Positions 17,585 through 26,895 of a stretch of 32,000 nucleotides of DNA are shown one piece after another. Made by a program: the position numbers and the translations under genes. The stretch is from an uncultured Acidobacteriota bacterium. GTDB lineage: Bacteria; Acidobacteriota; Terriglobia; Terriglobales; Acidobacteriaceae. Under the pieces are notes generated by a model. The model had not been told where the DNA came from and ran no database searches. It saw nothing but the letters and a program-made list of their open reading frames with translations. The stretch's first letter is position 1. Every line of letters begins with the position of its first letter. Location of the stretch: positions 955,558-987,557 of the forward strand of contig CAVOKO010000012.1 in the NCBI GenBank assembly GCA_963696525.1, written 5' to 3'.

Positions 17585-17613
17585 AACTTAGCGGCGTTCT
17601 TTCGAAAAGTCAA
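17585..17613 (-). promoter_or_regulatory. candidate promoter of the leader/aromatic operon
   Basis: Minus strand: TTGACT (17613-17608), 17 nt, TAAGTT (17590-17585). The -10 element ends 5 nt before the leader ATG, and there is no SD between them. Confidence 0.35.
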
Positions 17614-17855
17614 CTACCCGAAAGTGTTACGGGAGAGAACGAGATCGCCGGGCGCGCAGCTCTCGTGTTACGCCAATTCTACTGAACGCGCAGCCCGCTC
17701 GAAACGGCGATAAAATAAAGCTGCCGATTACGGATCGTGCGCGCCGCCGCGCGAACTTGTGATTCAATCGCGATTGCTTATGAAGACACAACAAATATAG
17801 CTTTGACTAATTGCATGCGGCATAAGAAATTCATGGACAAGGTGATAAGGTAACG

Positions 17856-17889
17856 ATCCTGCCGATTGCTGGGGCAGGATTTTCGCTAT
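17856..17889 (+). promoter_or_regulatory. terminator-like hairpin in the ilvD 5' leader (weak attenuator candidate)
   Basis: ATCCTGCC (17856-17863) pairs with GGCAGGAT (17873-17880) with a 9-nt loop, followed by TTTCGCTAT. It sits ~95 nt upstream of the ilvD ATG, directly after a 12-codon ORF (MRHKKFMDKVIR*). Confidence 0.25.
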
Positions 17890-17983
17890 GCCATGAGGCC
17901 TTGTGCCACCCGACGCGGCTGCTGCCGGAGCGCAGCGCGTCATCTCTTGGGCAGATTTAACCAAATTGTAAGGCGAATGAACG

Positions 17984-19696
17984 ATGGAAAAGAAAGATCT
18001 CAAGCACCGTAGCCGGGCTCTTACCGAAGGCTCTCATCGCGCGCCCGCTCGCGCCATGTTCAAAGCCGTTGGCTTTGGCGACGATGACCTGCAGAAACCT
18101 CTGGTCGCGATCGCCAACACCTGGACCGAAATCGGCCCCTGCAACTTCCATCTTCGCGAACTCGCGGCGGCCGTAAAGCAAGGGATTCGCGCCGCCGGCG
18201 GCACGCCGATGGAGTTCAACACTATCTCCATCAACGACGGCATCACCATGGGGACGGAGGGAATGAAGGCCTCGCTGATCAGCCGCGAAGTGATCGCCGA
18301 TTCCATCGAACTGGTAGCCGGCGGCCACATGTTCGACGCCGTCGTGGCGCTTTCCAGTTGCGACAAGACGATTCCCGGAACCGTGATGGCGCTGGCACGT
18401 CTCGATGTCCCGTCGCTTATGCTCTACGGCGGATCGATAGCACCGGGGCAGTTTCACGGACGCCAGGTTTCCATCCAGGACGTCTTCGAGGCGGTCGGCG
18501 CAAATGCCAAGGGAATCATGTCGGACGCGGATCTCAAGGACATGGAAGACCATGCCTGTCCGGGACCCGGCGCGTGCGGCGGTCAGTTCACGGCCAACAC
18601 GATGGCTACCGCCTGCGAGTTTCTCGGAATCTCCCCACTCGGCAGCAACAGCATTGCCGCCATGGCAGAGCAGAAACGAAAGGCAGCCTACGACGCCGGC
18701 CTGCAAGTGATGGAGTTGCTCAGACAGGACATTCGCCCGTCACGGATACTCACACTGGAAGCCTTCCAGAATGCCGCCGCCAGCGTTTCCGCTTCGGGTG
18801 GTTCCAGCAATGCGGTGCTTCATCTGCTTGCGATTGCCCACGAAGTTGGCGTAGCTTTCACGATGGACGATCTTGACCGCATTTTTGCCAAGGTGCCGCT
18901 GCTTTGCGACCTGAAGCCGGGCGGACGTTACATGGCAACCGATTACGCGGCCGCGGGCGGTTCCAGGCTGCTGGCCAAGCGTCTGTCGGATCTCGGAGTG
19001 CTCAACCGCTCCGCCATTACGGCCAGCGCGCGCACCATCGGGGAAGAGGCTGACAAAGCGCAGGAAACTCCCGGGCAGGCGGTGATTCGTACGCTGGACA
19101 AGGCGATTAAGCCGAGCGGAGGACTCGCAATTCTCAAGGGCAATCTTGCGCCGGAAGGCTGCGTGGTCAAGCTTGTCGGGCATGATCGCCTTCAGCATCG
19201 CGGCCCGGCGCGGGTTTTCGAGTCGGAAGAGCAGGCTTTCGATGCGGTACAGAAGGGCAAGATCAATTCCGGCGACGTGATCGTAATCCGCAACGAGGGC
19301 CCGCGCGGCGGTCCGGGGATGCGCGAGATGCTGGCCGTAACCGGTGCGATTGCAGGCACTCCTTTGACGAAGGAAGTTGCGTTGATTACCGACGGCCGTT
19401 TTTCCGGCGCCACCTATGGCTTTATGGTGGCACATGTGGCACCGGAAGCCGCCATGGGAGGACCGATCGCGGTGGTTCGGGAAGGTGATCCGATTCTGAT
19501 CGACGCTTCACGCAAAACCATTGCAGTGGAAATTCCGCGGGCAGAACTCGAACGGCGGCTGGCTGCCTGGAAGCCAGGGCCTCCGCGCTATCGATCCGGA
19601 GTCTATGCCAAGTATGCCGCTGCGGTTTCATCCGCTTCCCGGGGCGCGGTGACCCATGCGGGCCGCGAAGCAAAAACCGCTTCCACGGTAAAGTGA
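17984..19696 (+). CDS. ilvD: dihydroxy-acid dehydratase
   Basis: 570 aa: [70 protein letters not shown]. Canonical IlvD. Confidence 0.95.
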   Translation: MEKKDLKHRSRALTEGSHRAPARAMFKAVGFGDDDLQKPLVAIANTWTEIGPCNFHLRELAAAVKQGIRAAGGTPMEFNTISINDGITMGTEGMKASLISREVIADSIELVAGGHMFDAVVALSSCDKTIPGTVMALARLDVPSLMLYGGSIAPGQFHGRQVSIQDVFEAVGANAKGIMSDADLKDMEDHACPGPGACGGQFTANTMATACEFLGISPLGSNSIAAMAEQKRKAAYDAGLQVMELLRQDIRPSRILTLEAFQNAAASVSASGGSSNAVLHLLAIAHEVGVAFTMDDLDRIFAKVPLLCDLKPGGRYMATDYAAAGGSRLLAKRLSDLGVLNRSAITASARTIGEEADKAQETPGQAVIRTLDKAIKPSGGLAILKGNLAPEGCVVKLVGHDRLQHRGPARVFESEEQAFDAVQKGKINSGDVIVIRNEGPRGGPGMREMLAVTGAIAGTPLTKEVALITDGRFSGATYGFMVAHVAPEAAMGGPIAVVREGDPILIDASRKTIAVEIPRAELERRLAAWKPGPPRYRSGVYAKYAAAVSSASRGAVTHAGREAKTASTVK

Positions 19697-19812
19697 GCCA
19701 GGTCTTTAGTCTTTAAGTCTCTAATTTTTTGCAACTGCCGGGTGGAGGCGTTGATGCATACCTCCAGACGGCCACAATTTACAATCAATAAGGTTTGAAA
19801 GGAACAGTCCAC

Positions 19813-20851
<1,039 letters not shown>

Positions 20852-20859
20852 AGCTGCTC

Positions 20860-21235
20860 GGCGCTTCTCATCGCCGTGGCCGCTGACGGATGGTGCCCAA
20901 TATCTGCTTCGGTTGCAGATGTGTGGCAGTTCAATCCTTAGAACCTGTCCGCCCCCCACATTCGCCGAAAAGCGGCGGATGTGGGCCGCTAGCCAGAATT
21001 TCCAGCAACGCACGTTAGGGGCACTACCCAGGGCCTTGGCCATTTGGTAAACCATGCCAGCCAGCGTACACTTGAAGCAGCGGCCAGGGGTGATTTCAGA
21101 ATAGGCGTACCAGCCCGATGGAACAAACGGGTCTGTTGGGGACCGTCATCGTGGTTCAGCACGACAGCCCAAAGCTCCTTCGCTTGACTCTGCCGCAGGG
21201 TACAGAGTTCGTGTACTTGGCATTGGATAGAGGTA
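20860..21235 (-). pseudogene. possible degenerate, 5'-truncated IS200/RAYT-like (Y1 transposase-like) gene remnant
   Basis: Minus-strand frames give ...AKELWAVVLNH (resembles the L-x-A-x-V-x-M-P-N-H-x-H region) and, after a frame change, LAGMVYQMAKALGSAPN...KFW...RRFSANV...LRIELPHICN (resembles LS-x-IM-x-x-K...FWQ..F.D...YI..NP). The similarity is weak and recalled from memory. Confidence 0.25.
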
Positions 21236-21311
21236 TTCTCAAACTTTGCGTTCCAGCCTAAGCATAACTGCTCGAATCGTAATTCTCGTTTGCCTCTCTT
21301 ATCTGTTCTTC

Positions 21312-22637
21312 ATGGCGCAGCGTTTCTGGCTGAACCATGCCAATCGCATCATCAACCGCATGGGCTCGTCCCGCTGGCGGCGTTGGTGCCGGGGGCTGGT
21401 GATCACGATTCTCGGCTTCGTCATCGTGAGCTTCGCGGACCGGATCTTTCTGCGCAGTTTCCCGAGGTCCGGCTTGGTTTCCTGGGCGATGGGTTTATCG
21501 CAGCTATGGCTATTCACCTCATCGATAGCTTACCTGGCGGTGAAGCTGGTGAATGCGTTGGAGTGGTTCTGGGGGTTGCTCCCGAAACCGCGCGCCCCAG
21601 TGCTGGCGCCCGCGGCAGCGGGAGAGTGCAACGCTTCGCTCCACCCCGGCACGCGGAACCACGGCAGAGCTGGAGTTGATGCAGGGCTCGGCGACGCACC
21701 CGAGGACGCCGGGCGCAGAAAGCTGTTCCAGTATGCGGCCATGGCGGCGGCCTGCCTCCCATTTGGAGCCAGCGTTTACGGCTTTGCCAGCGAACGCCTG
21801 CACTACACCGTGCAGCGAGTCGAGCTGCCGATTCACCGTCTGCCGGCGCCGCTGGATGGCTTGCGAATCGTCCAGTTGAGCGACATTCACATCGGGGATT
21901 TCATGCCGCGCGAAGAGGTGCGCCGTGCGGTTGCCATGGCCAACGAACTGGAAGCCGACGTGGCGATGCTGACCGGCGACTACGTTACCGGCAGCCGCGA
22001 TCCACTGGAGGACTGCGCCGCCGAACTTGGCCAATTGCGAGTGCCGCTGGGCATCTGGGCCTGCAATGGGAACCACGAAATCTACGCCGGTGTAGAGGAC
22101 GAGATCGAAGCGGTTTTCCTCCGCTATGGCATGCGATTATTGCGGCAGCAAAACGTGGAGTTGCAGTGGCGCGGAGCAAAATTCAACCTGATCGGGGTCG
22201 ATTACCAGAAGGAGTTCGCGGGCCTCAGAGCCCGAGCCCCGATGCTGCCTGGGGTCGAATCGCTGATGCGGCGCGATATCCCCAATATTCTGCTCTCGCA
22301 CAACCCTAATAGCTTCCCGAAAGCCGCCGAACTCGGCATCGAGTTAAGCCTTGCGGGGCATACGCATGGCGGGCAGATTCAGATCGAAATCGTGGATCAC
22401 CGCTGGAGTCCGGCACGCTTTATGACCAGCTATGTTGCCGGGTTGTACCAGCTTCCCATGGCATCCGTTGTGGCAGGTCCCGGAGCTACCGCGAGCGAAG
22501 GCGTGCCTCTACGTCAACCGCGGATTGGGAACCATCGGCATTCCCGCCCGCTTCGGCGTCAAGCCGGAGATTTCCTTGCTAACCCTGCGTTCCGCGTGGC
22601 GTCGGACCCGCCTTTCGCGAAAGTGCATGTCGAGTGA
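21312..22637 (+). CDS. membrane-anchored metallophosphoesterase (calcineurin-like); C-terminal conserved block sits in an alternate frame
   Basis: N-terminal TM helices, then IVQLSDIHIGDF, MLTGDYV, CNGNHE, SHNP, LAGHTHGGQ. The family-typical end LYVNRGLGTIGIPARFGVKPEISLLTLR is only readable in the frame of ORF 22432-23172 (about 22500-22600). This implies two indels in a nominally open ORF. ATG 21312 is my preferred start. Confidence 0.75.
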   Translation: MAQRFWLNHANRIINRMGSSRWRRWCRGLVITILGFVIVSFADRIFLRSFPRSGLVSWAMGLSQLWLFTSSIAYLAVKLVNALEWFWGLLPKPRAPVLAPAAAGECNASLHPGTRNHGRAGVDAGLGDAPEDAGRRKLFQYAAMAAACLPFGASVYGFASERLHYTVQRVELPIHRLPAPLDGLRIVQLSDIHIGDFMPREEVRRAVAMANELEADVAMLTGDYVTGSRDPLEDCAAELGQLRVPLGIWACNGNHEIYAGVEDEIEAVFLRYGMRLLRQQNVELQWRGAKFNLIGVDYQKEFAGLRARAPMLPGVESLMRRDIPNILLSHNPNSFPKAAELGIELSLAGHTHGGQIQIEIVDHRWSPARFMTSYVAGLYQLPMASVVAGPGATASEGVPLRQPRIGNHRHSRPLRRQAGDFLANPAFRVASDPPFAKVHVE

Positions 22638-23501
22638 AGCATCGCGCGATTGCCCGCTCTCCTGCTATGCTTTTTCTGTGACGGAATCTAAGTGGGACAG
22701 TTATGCTCGGGTGAATGCCGGTGAGCGCTATCGCGCGCAATCGGCGGCAATCGGGTCGCAAGCGACCCAGGCGATCGTGGACGAGGCGCGAATCGTGCCC
22801 GGTTTGCGCGTGCTCGACGTGGCCTGCGGTTCGGGAGAGCCGTCCATCTCGATCGCCGCCTTGATGCGGGAGCAGCGGGCACGTGGTCGGGATCGACCTG
22901 GCGGCGGCGTCCTTGCAGGTTGCTCGCGAGCGTGCCGGCGCTCGCCACCTTACCAATACGGAATTTCTCCAGGCAGACGTGCATCAGCTTCCGTTTGCGG
23001 ACTGCAGCTTCGATCGCGTGGTGAGCCGCCTGGGAGCGATGTTCTTTTCCAGTCTGGAGACCGCTCTGCGCCAGATGTACCGTGTGCTGAAGCCGGGCGG
23101 CCGCACCAGTCATCTGGCGTGGGGATCGATCGAGCAGCCCTATTTTCAATCGACCATCGGGACCGTGCTTAAGCTGTTGCCGGATCTCAGCTGTACCTGC
23201 ATCGGCCAAGGTGATGTTTCAGTTCGGCGAGCCAGGCGTGTTCGCGGCAGCTCTGGAGCGGGCCGGATTTACGAAAGTCGAGGAGAGAGTCAAGAAGGTC
23301 GCGTGGAACTGGCCGGGAACGCCCGAGGAATTGTGGGCGTACTTTCAGGATGTGACCATCCCATTCAAGCCCGTGCTGCAAGCGATTCCGGCGGACCGCC
23401 CTGATATCCACGGCGCGGTGCTCGACGCCCTGCGGGCTCATTCTGACGGCAAACAAGTCAACTTCCAGGCTGAGATCGTGCTCGCCTCGGCTTCGCGTTG
23501 A
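22627..23501 (+). pseudogene. class I SAM-dependent methyltransferase, two apparent frameshifts (~22867 and ~23180-23200)
   Basis: Three consecutive frames read: LRVLDVACGSGEPSISIAALM / GSSGHVVGIDLAAASLQVARERA...FLQADVHQLPFADCSFDRVVSRLGAMFF...LKPGGR / VMFQFGEPGVFAAALERAGFTKVEE...QAEIVLASASR*. Motif I is VLDVACGSGE. Confidence 0.75.
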
Positions 23502-23602
23502 GACAGGCCCAGAGTAGTGAAAGCAAACGCCGCAGCCACGGACCAGGTATCGAGGGAACAGGGAATAACGGGTCAGGTTCCGACCCCTATTCCCTTCCGG
23601 GT

Positions 23603-25108
23603 TCACAGTTTTGTGCAAACTGCCTTGGTTTCCGTATACATCTCGAGGACGTCGTGTCCCATCTCGCGTCCCCAGCCCGACTGCTTGTAGCCGCCGAAGG
23701 GCAGAGCCGCGTCGAAGATGTTGTAGCAGTTGATCCACACGGTGCCGGCGCGTAACTCCGAGGCGATCCGGTGTGCCTTGCTGATATCGCGCGTCCAAAC
23801 GCCGGCCGCCAAGCCCGTAAACGGTATCGTTGGCGCGAGGCAGAATCTCCTCGTCCTTGTGGAACGGCATGGCCGTCACCACCGGACCGAAGATTTCCTC
23901 CTGCACGACTTTCATGCTTTCGCTGGTATTCACCAACACGGTCGGCTCAACGAAGTAGCCCTTTTCGCCCATGCGTTGGCCGCCGCATAAGGCTTTGGCG
24001 CCTTCGGCCCTGCCCGCGTCAAGATAGCCGGTTACGCGGTTCAACTGCTCTTCCGAGACCAGCGGTCCCATCTGCGAGTCCTGGTTGAACCCCGGTCCCA
24101 GTTTGATCTTCTTGGCGCGTCTGGGTGACGCCGTCGACGACCTTGTCGAAGACCTTGTCCTCGACATAGAGCCGCGATCCGGCGCAGCAGCATTGGCCAT
24201 GGTTAAAGAAAATCGCACTCGCCGCGCCGGGAATGGCGGCCTCGAGGTCCGCATCGGCGAAGACGATGTTGGGCGACTTGCCTCCCAACTCCAGCGAGAC
24301 CTTCTTAAGGTTTCCGGCTGCGGCCTGCACGATCAGCTTGCCGACCTCGGTTGAACCGGTAAAGGCTATCTTGTCCACTTCATCGTGAGCGGCGAGTGCC
24401 GGCTCCGGCGGTCTCGCCGTAGCCGGGAACGACGTTGACGACCCCGTCGGGGAATCCCGCTTCCTGAATCAGCTCCGCCAGCCGCAGGGCCGTGAGCGGC
24501 GTCTGTTCGGCGGGCTTTAGCACGATGCAGCAGCCGGTGGCGAGGGCCGGACCGAGTTTCCAGGCGGCCATCAGCAGGGGGAAATTCCAGGGAATGATCT
24601 GTCCGACCACTCCGATGGGTTCGCGAACGGTGTAGGCGAGGTAGCGTGCGCCGGGGGTGTAAGGAACCGAGAGCGGAATGGTATTGCCCTCGATTTTGGT
24701 GGCCCATCCGGCCATATAACGGAACAGGTCGGCGGCCAGCGGCACATCGGCGGCGCGCGCCACGGCCAGAGGCTTGCCGTTATCCAGGCTCTCCAGTTGA
24801 GCGAGTTCTTCGAGGTTCTGCTCGACCAGATCGCCGAGCTTCCAGATCAGGCGGCCGCGCTCGGATGGAGTCATCTTGCGCCACGGCCCGCTGTCGAATG
24901 CGATACGAGCGGCCTTGACGGCGCGGTTGATGTCCTCCCAGCCGCCTTCGGCGATCTGGGCCAGCACCTGGCCGGTGGAAGGATCATAGGTTGGAAACGT
25001 TTTGCCGGAGGCGGAGTCGCGAAAGCGGCCGCCAATGAACATCTGTCGCGGCGTGGAGACAAACCCCGCGACTCGCGGGTCGGGGCTATAGGATGCTGCA
25101 ACTGACAT
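23603..25108 (-). pseudogene. NAD(P)-dependent aldehyde dehydrogenase, three apparent frameshifts (~24400, ~24120, ~23810)
   Basis: Four ORF pieces are colinear with ALDH: [35 protein letters not shown]...GYGETAGA / [21 protein letters not shown]...[14 protein letters not shown]...[14 protein letters not shown] / [10 protein letters not shown]...EEIFGPVV...NDTVYGL / AAGVWTRD...[12 protein letters not shown]...*. Catalytic Cys and Glu motifs are present. Confidence 0.85.
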
Positions 25109-25329
25109 GAGGTCCCTCCTCGTTGGGAGTTGGTGAGAGGAGTTAGGTCAGGCGCCAGGGACGCCACGGGAATCACCGGGCATTGCTGGGCAGGCGGACG
25201 GAAAACGGGGACGCCCGTAGGTTCCGGGCTACGGCTCAATTACCAAATATGTGGATGCCCACCTGCCACTGACAGTTGCGCGTCCCCGGCAGACCCTTCG
25301 CAGTATTTGCGGACCCCTGGAGCGGCTTC

Positions 25330-25434
25330 GGAGACACTGTCTCCTTCCTCAAAGGGTGACACACTGGAATAATTGCTCTTGGGATACACCAACCCTAACA
25401 CCGCCTTAGAGCTGTTTCAGAGTAGGTGTATCCC
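25330..25434. repeat. intergenic element copy 1: hairpin A, ~43-nt conserved core, hairpin B
   Basis: Hairpin A is GGAGACAcTGTCTCC (25330-25344). The core is TCCTCAAAGGGTGACACACTGGAATAATTGCTCTTGGGATACA (25346-25388). Hairpin B is GGGATACACC (25381-25390) paired with GGTGTATCCC (25425-25434). Homologous to 28047-28135. Confidence 0.55.
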
Positions 25435-25553
25435 GAAGCTATCAATTTCCATTCCAATCGCAGGCTGGGTCGCGAGGCGGCGTGAGGGTCGATACTACAA
25501 TGAGTCGATACAATGGGGAGTGGGCAGGCGAGAGCCCGAAGCAAGGAGGCAGT

Positions 25554-26879
25554 ATGGCATACGACGTAGCCGCCGACGCACGCGCGGCGCGAGCAGCCGC
25601 ACGCGTTTTGGCCAACCTGACCTCTGTGAAGAAGAATGCCGTGCTGGCCCGAATGGCTGCTGCGCTGGAGGCTGCCTGGCCGGAACTCGAGCGGGCGAAT
25701 GCGCTGGATGTCGCGGAGGCGGAAGAGGCCGCAGCAGCCGGAGCGCTGAAGGATTCGCTGGTGGAGCGCCTGCGGCTCTCGGAAGACAAGCTGAAGCAGA
25801 TGGTGAAGAGCGTGCGCGAGGTCGAGGCGCTGCCAGATCCGGTTGGGCAGGTGCGCCTGCACAGGCTGCTCGACGACGGGCTGGAGCTGAAAAAAGTGAC
25901 GTTCCCCTTCGGAGTGGTGGCCGCCATTGTCGAAGCTCGTCCGGATGCGGTGGTGCAGCTTGCGGCGCTGGCCGTGAAGTCGGGAAACGCGCTCATGATT
26001 AAGGCCGGCGTGGAAGCGACCCGCACCTCGCAGTGCGCCGTCGACGCGATGGCGGGAGCGATCGCCGAAGAGGGAATTCCGGCCGCCGCGCTGATCTTGG
26101 TAAAGGGCCGCGATGCGGTGCGGCAACTGCTGCGTCTGAATGAGTGGATTGACTTGGTCGTCCCGCGCGGAGGCGCTGATTTGGTCCGCTACGTGATGGA
26201 GAACTCGACCATCCCGGTGCTTGGCCATGCCGACGGAGTGTGCCATATTTTCGTCGACCGCAGCGCGGATCAAGAGATGGCGCTGGAGGTCGTGCTGGAC
26301 TCGAAGGTGCAGGCTCCGAGCGTTTGCAATGCCGTGGAAACGGTGCTGGTGGACGAGGCAATCGCCGCCGAGTTCCTGCCGCGGCTCGTCTGCCATTTGA
26401 AAGCGGCCGGGGTGAAGATGCTTGGCTGTCCGCGGTCGGTCGAATTAGCCAAGGGCGAGATCGCGGAAATTGCACCGGATTCATGGCACACAGAGTATGG
26501 AGATCTGACCCTGGCAATTCGGGTCGTCGCCGGCTTGGAAGAGGCAATCGAGCACATCGAGAGCTTTGGCTCGCGCCACACCGACTGCATCGTCACCCGC
26601 GACCAGGAGACAGCCGAGCGCTTCCTGAATGCGATCGACTCAGCGAATGTTTTTCATAACGTCTCCACTCGCTTCTCGGACGGATTCCGCTACGGCTTCG
26701 GCGCGGAGGTTGGGATCAGCACCGGAAAGCTCCATGCGCGCGGGCCGGTGGGTCTGGATGGCTTGGTCACTTACCGGTACCAGCTCAGCGGCAGAGGGCA
26801 ACTGGTCCGCGATTATGTAGGCAAGGACGCCAAGCCGTTCAAACACGTCAGCATGCCTGATGCCGGTTCGGCCGGGTGA
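25554..26879 (+). CDS. proA: glutamate-5-semialdehyde dehydrogenase (gamma-glutamyl phosphate reductase)
   Basis: ATG 25554 is preceded by AAGGAGG. Motifs PFGVVAAIVEARPDA, VVPRGGADLVRYV, HADGVCHIFVD, CNAVETVLVDE, SRHTDCIV, NVSTRFSDGFRYGFGAEVGIST. Canonical ProA. Confidence 0.9.
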   Translation: MAYDVAADARAARAAARVLANLTSVKKNAVLARMAAALEAAWPELERANALDVAEAEEAAAAGALKDSLVERLRLSEDKLKQMVKSVREVEALPDPVGQVRLHRLLDDGLELKKVTFPFGVVAAIVEARPDAVVQLAALAVKSGNALMIKAGVEATRTSQCAVDAMAGAIAEEGIPAAALILVKGRDAVRQLLRLNEWIDLVVPRGGADLVRYVMENSTIPVLGHADGVCHIFVDRSADQEMALEVVLDSKVQAPSVCNAVETVLVDEAIAAEFLPRLVCHLKAAGVKMLGCPRSVELAKGEIAEIAPDSWHTEYGDLTLAIRVVAGLEEAIEHIESFGSRHTDCIVTRDQETAERFLNAIDSANVFHNVSTRFSDGFRYGFGAEVGISTGKLHARGPVGLDGLVTYRYQLSGRGQLVRDYVGKDAKPFKHVSMPDAGSAG

Positions 26880-26895
26880 CAGAACTGTCGCCTAA

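Noticed and set aside
17957-18706. 249-aa minus-strand ORF
   Set aside because: It is antisense to the ilvD 5' half and would also overlap the ilvD start. No motifs.
19702-19730. Tandem heptamer-like repeats GTCTTTA GTCTTTAA GTCTCTAA followed by T6, just after the ilvD stop
   Set aside because: There are only three short imperfect units, with no spacers, so it is not CRISPR-like, and no hairpin. It is probably just an AT-rich ilvD-ilvC spacer.
23187-24254. 355-aa minus-strand ORF taken at face value as one gene
   Set aside because: Only its central ~115 residues ([10 protein letters not shown]...NDTVYGL) are a genuine ALDH frame. The N-terminal part is an off-frame read of ALDH. The C-terminal ~210 residues run antisense through the methyltransferase gene.
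25346-25388. Reading the conserved repeat core as a sigma54 (-24/-12) or sigma70 promoter
   Set aside because: In copy 1, TGGAATAATTGC has GG and GC only 9 nt apart, whereas sigma54 needs about 12, and copy 2 lacks the TTGC. No -35/-10 pair with 16-18-nt spacing is conserved in both copies on either strand.
25395-26396. 333-aa minus-strand ORF; also the plus-strand ORF 25373-26002
   Set aside because: Both overlap proA in other frames or strands. The plus-strand ORF starts at a TTG inside the conserved repeat and is Arg/Gly/Ala-rich junk. proA's own frame has full-length family motifs.
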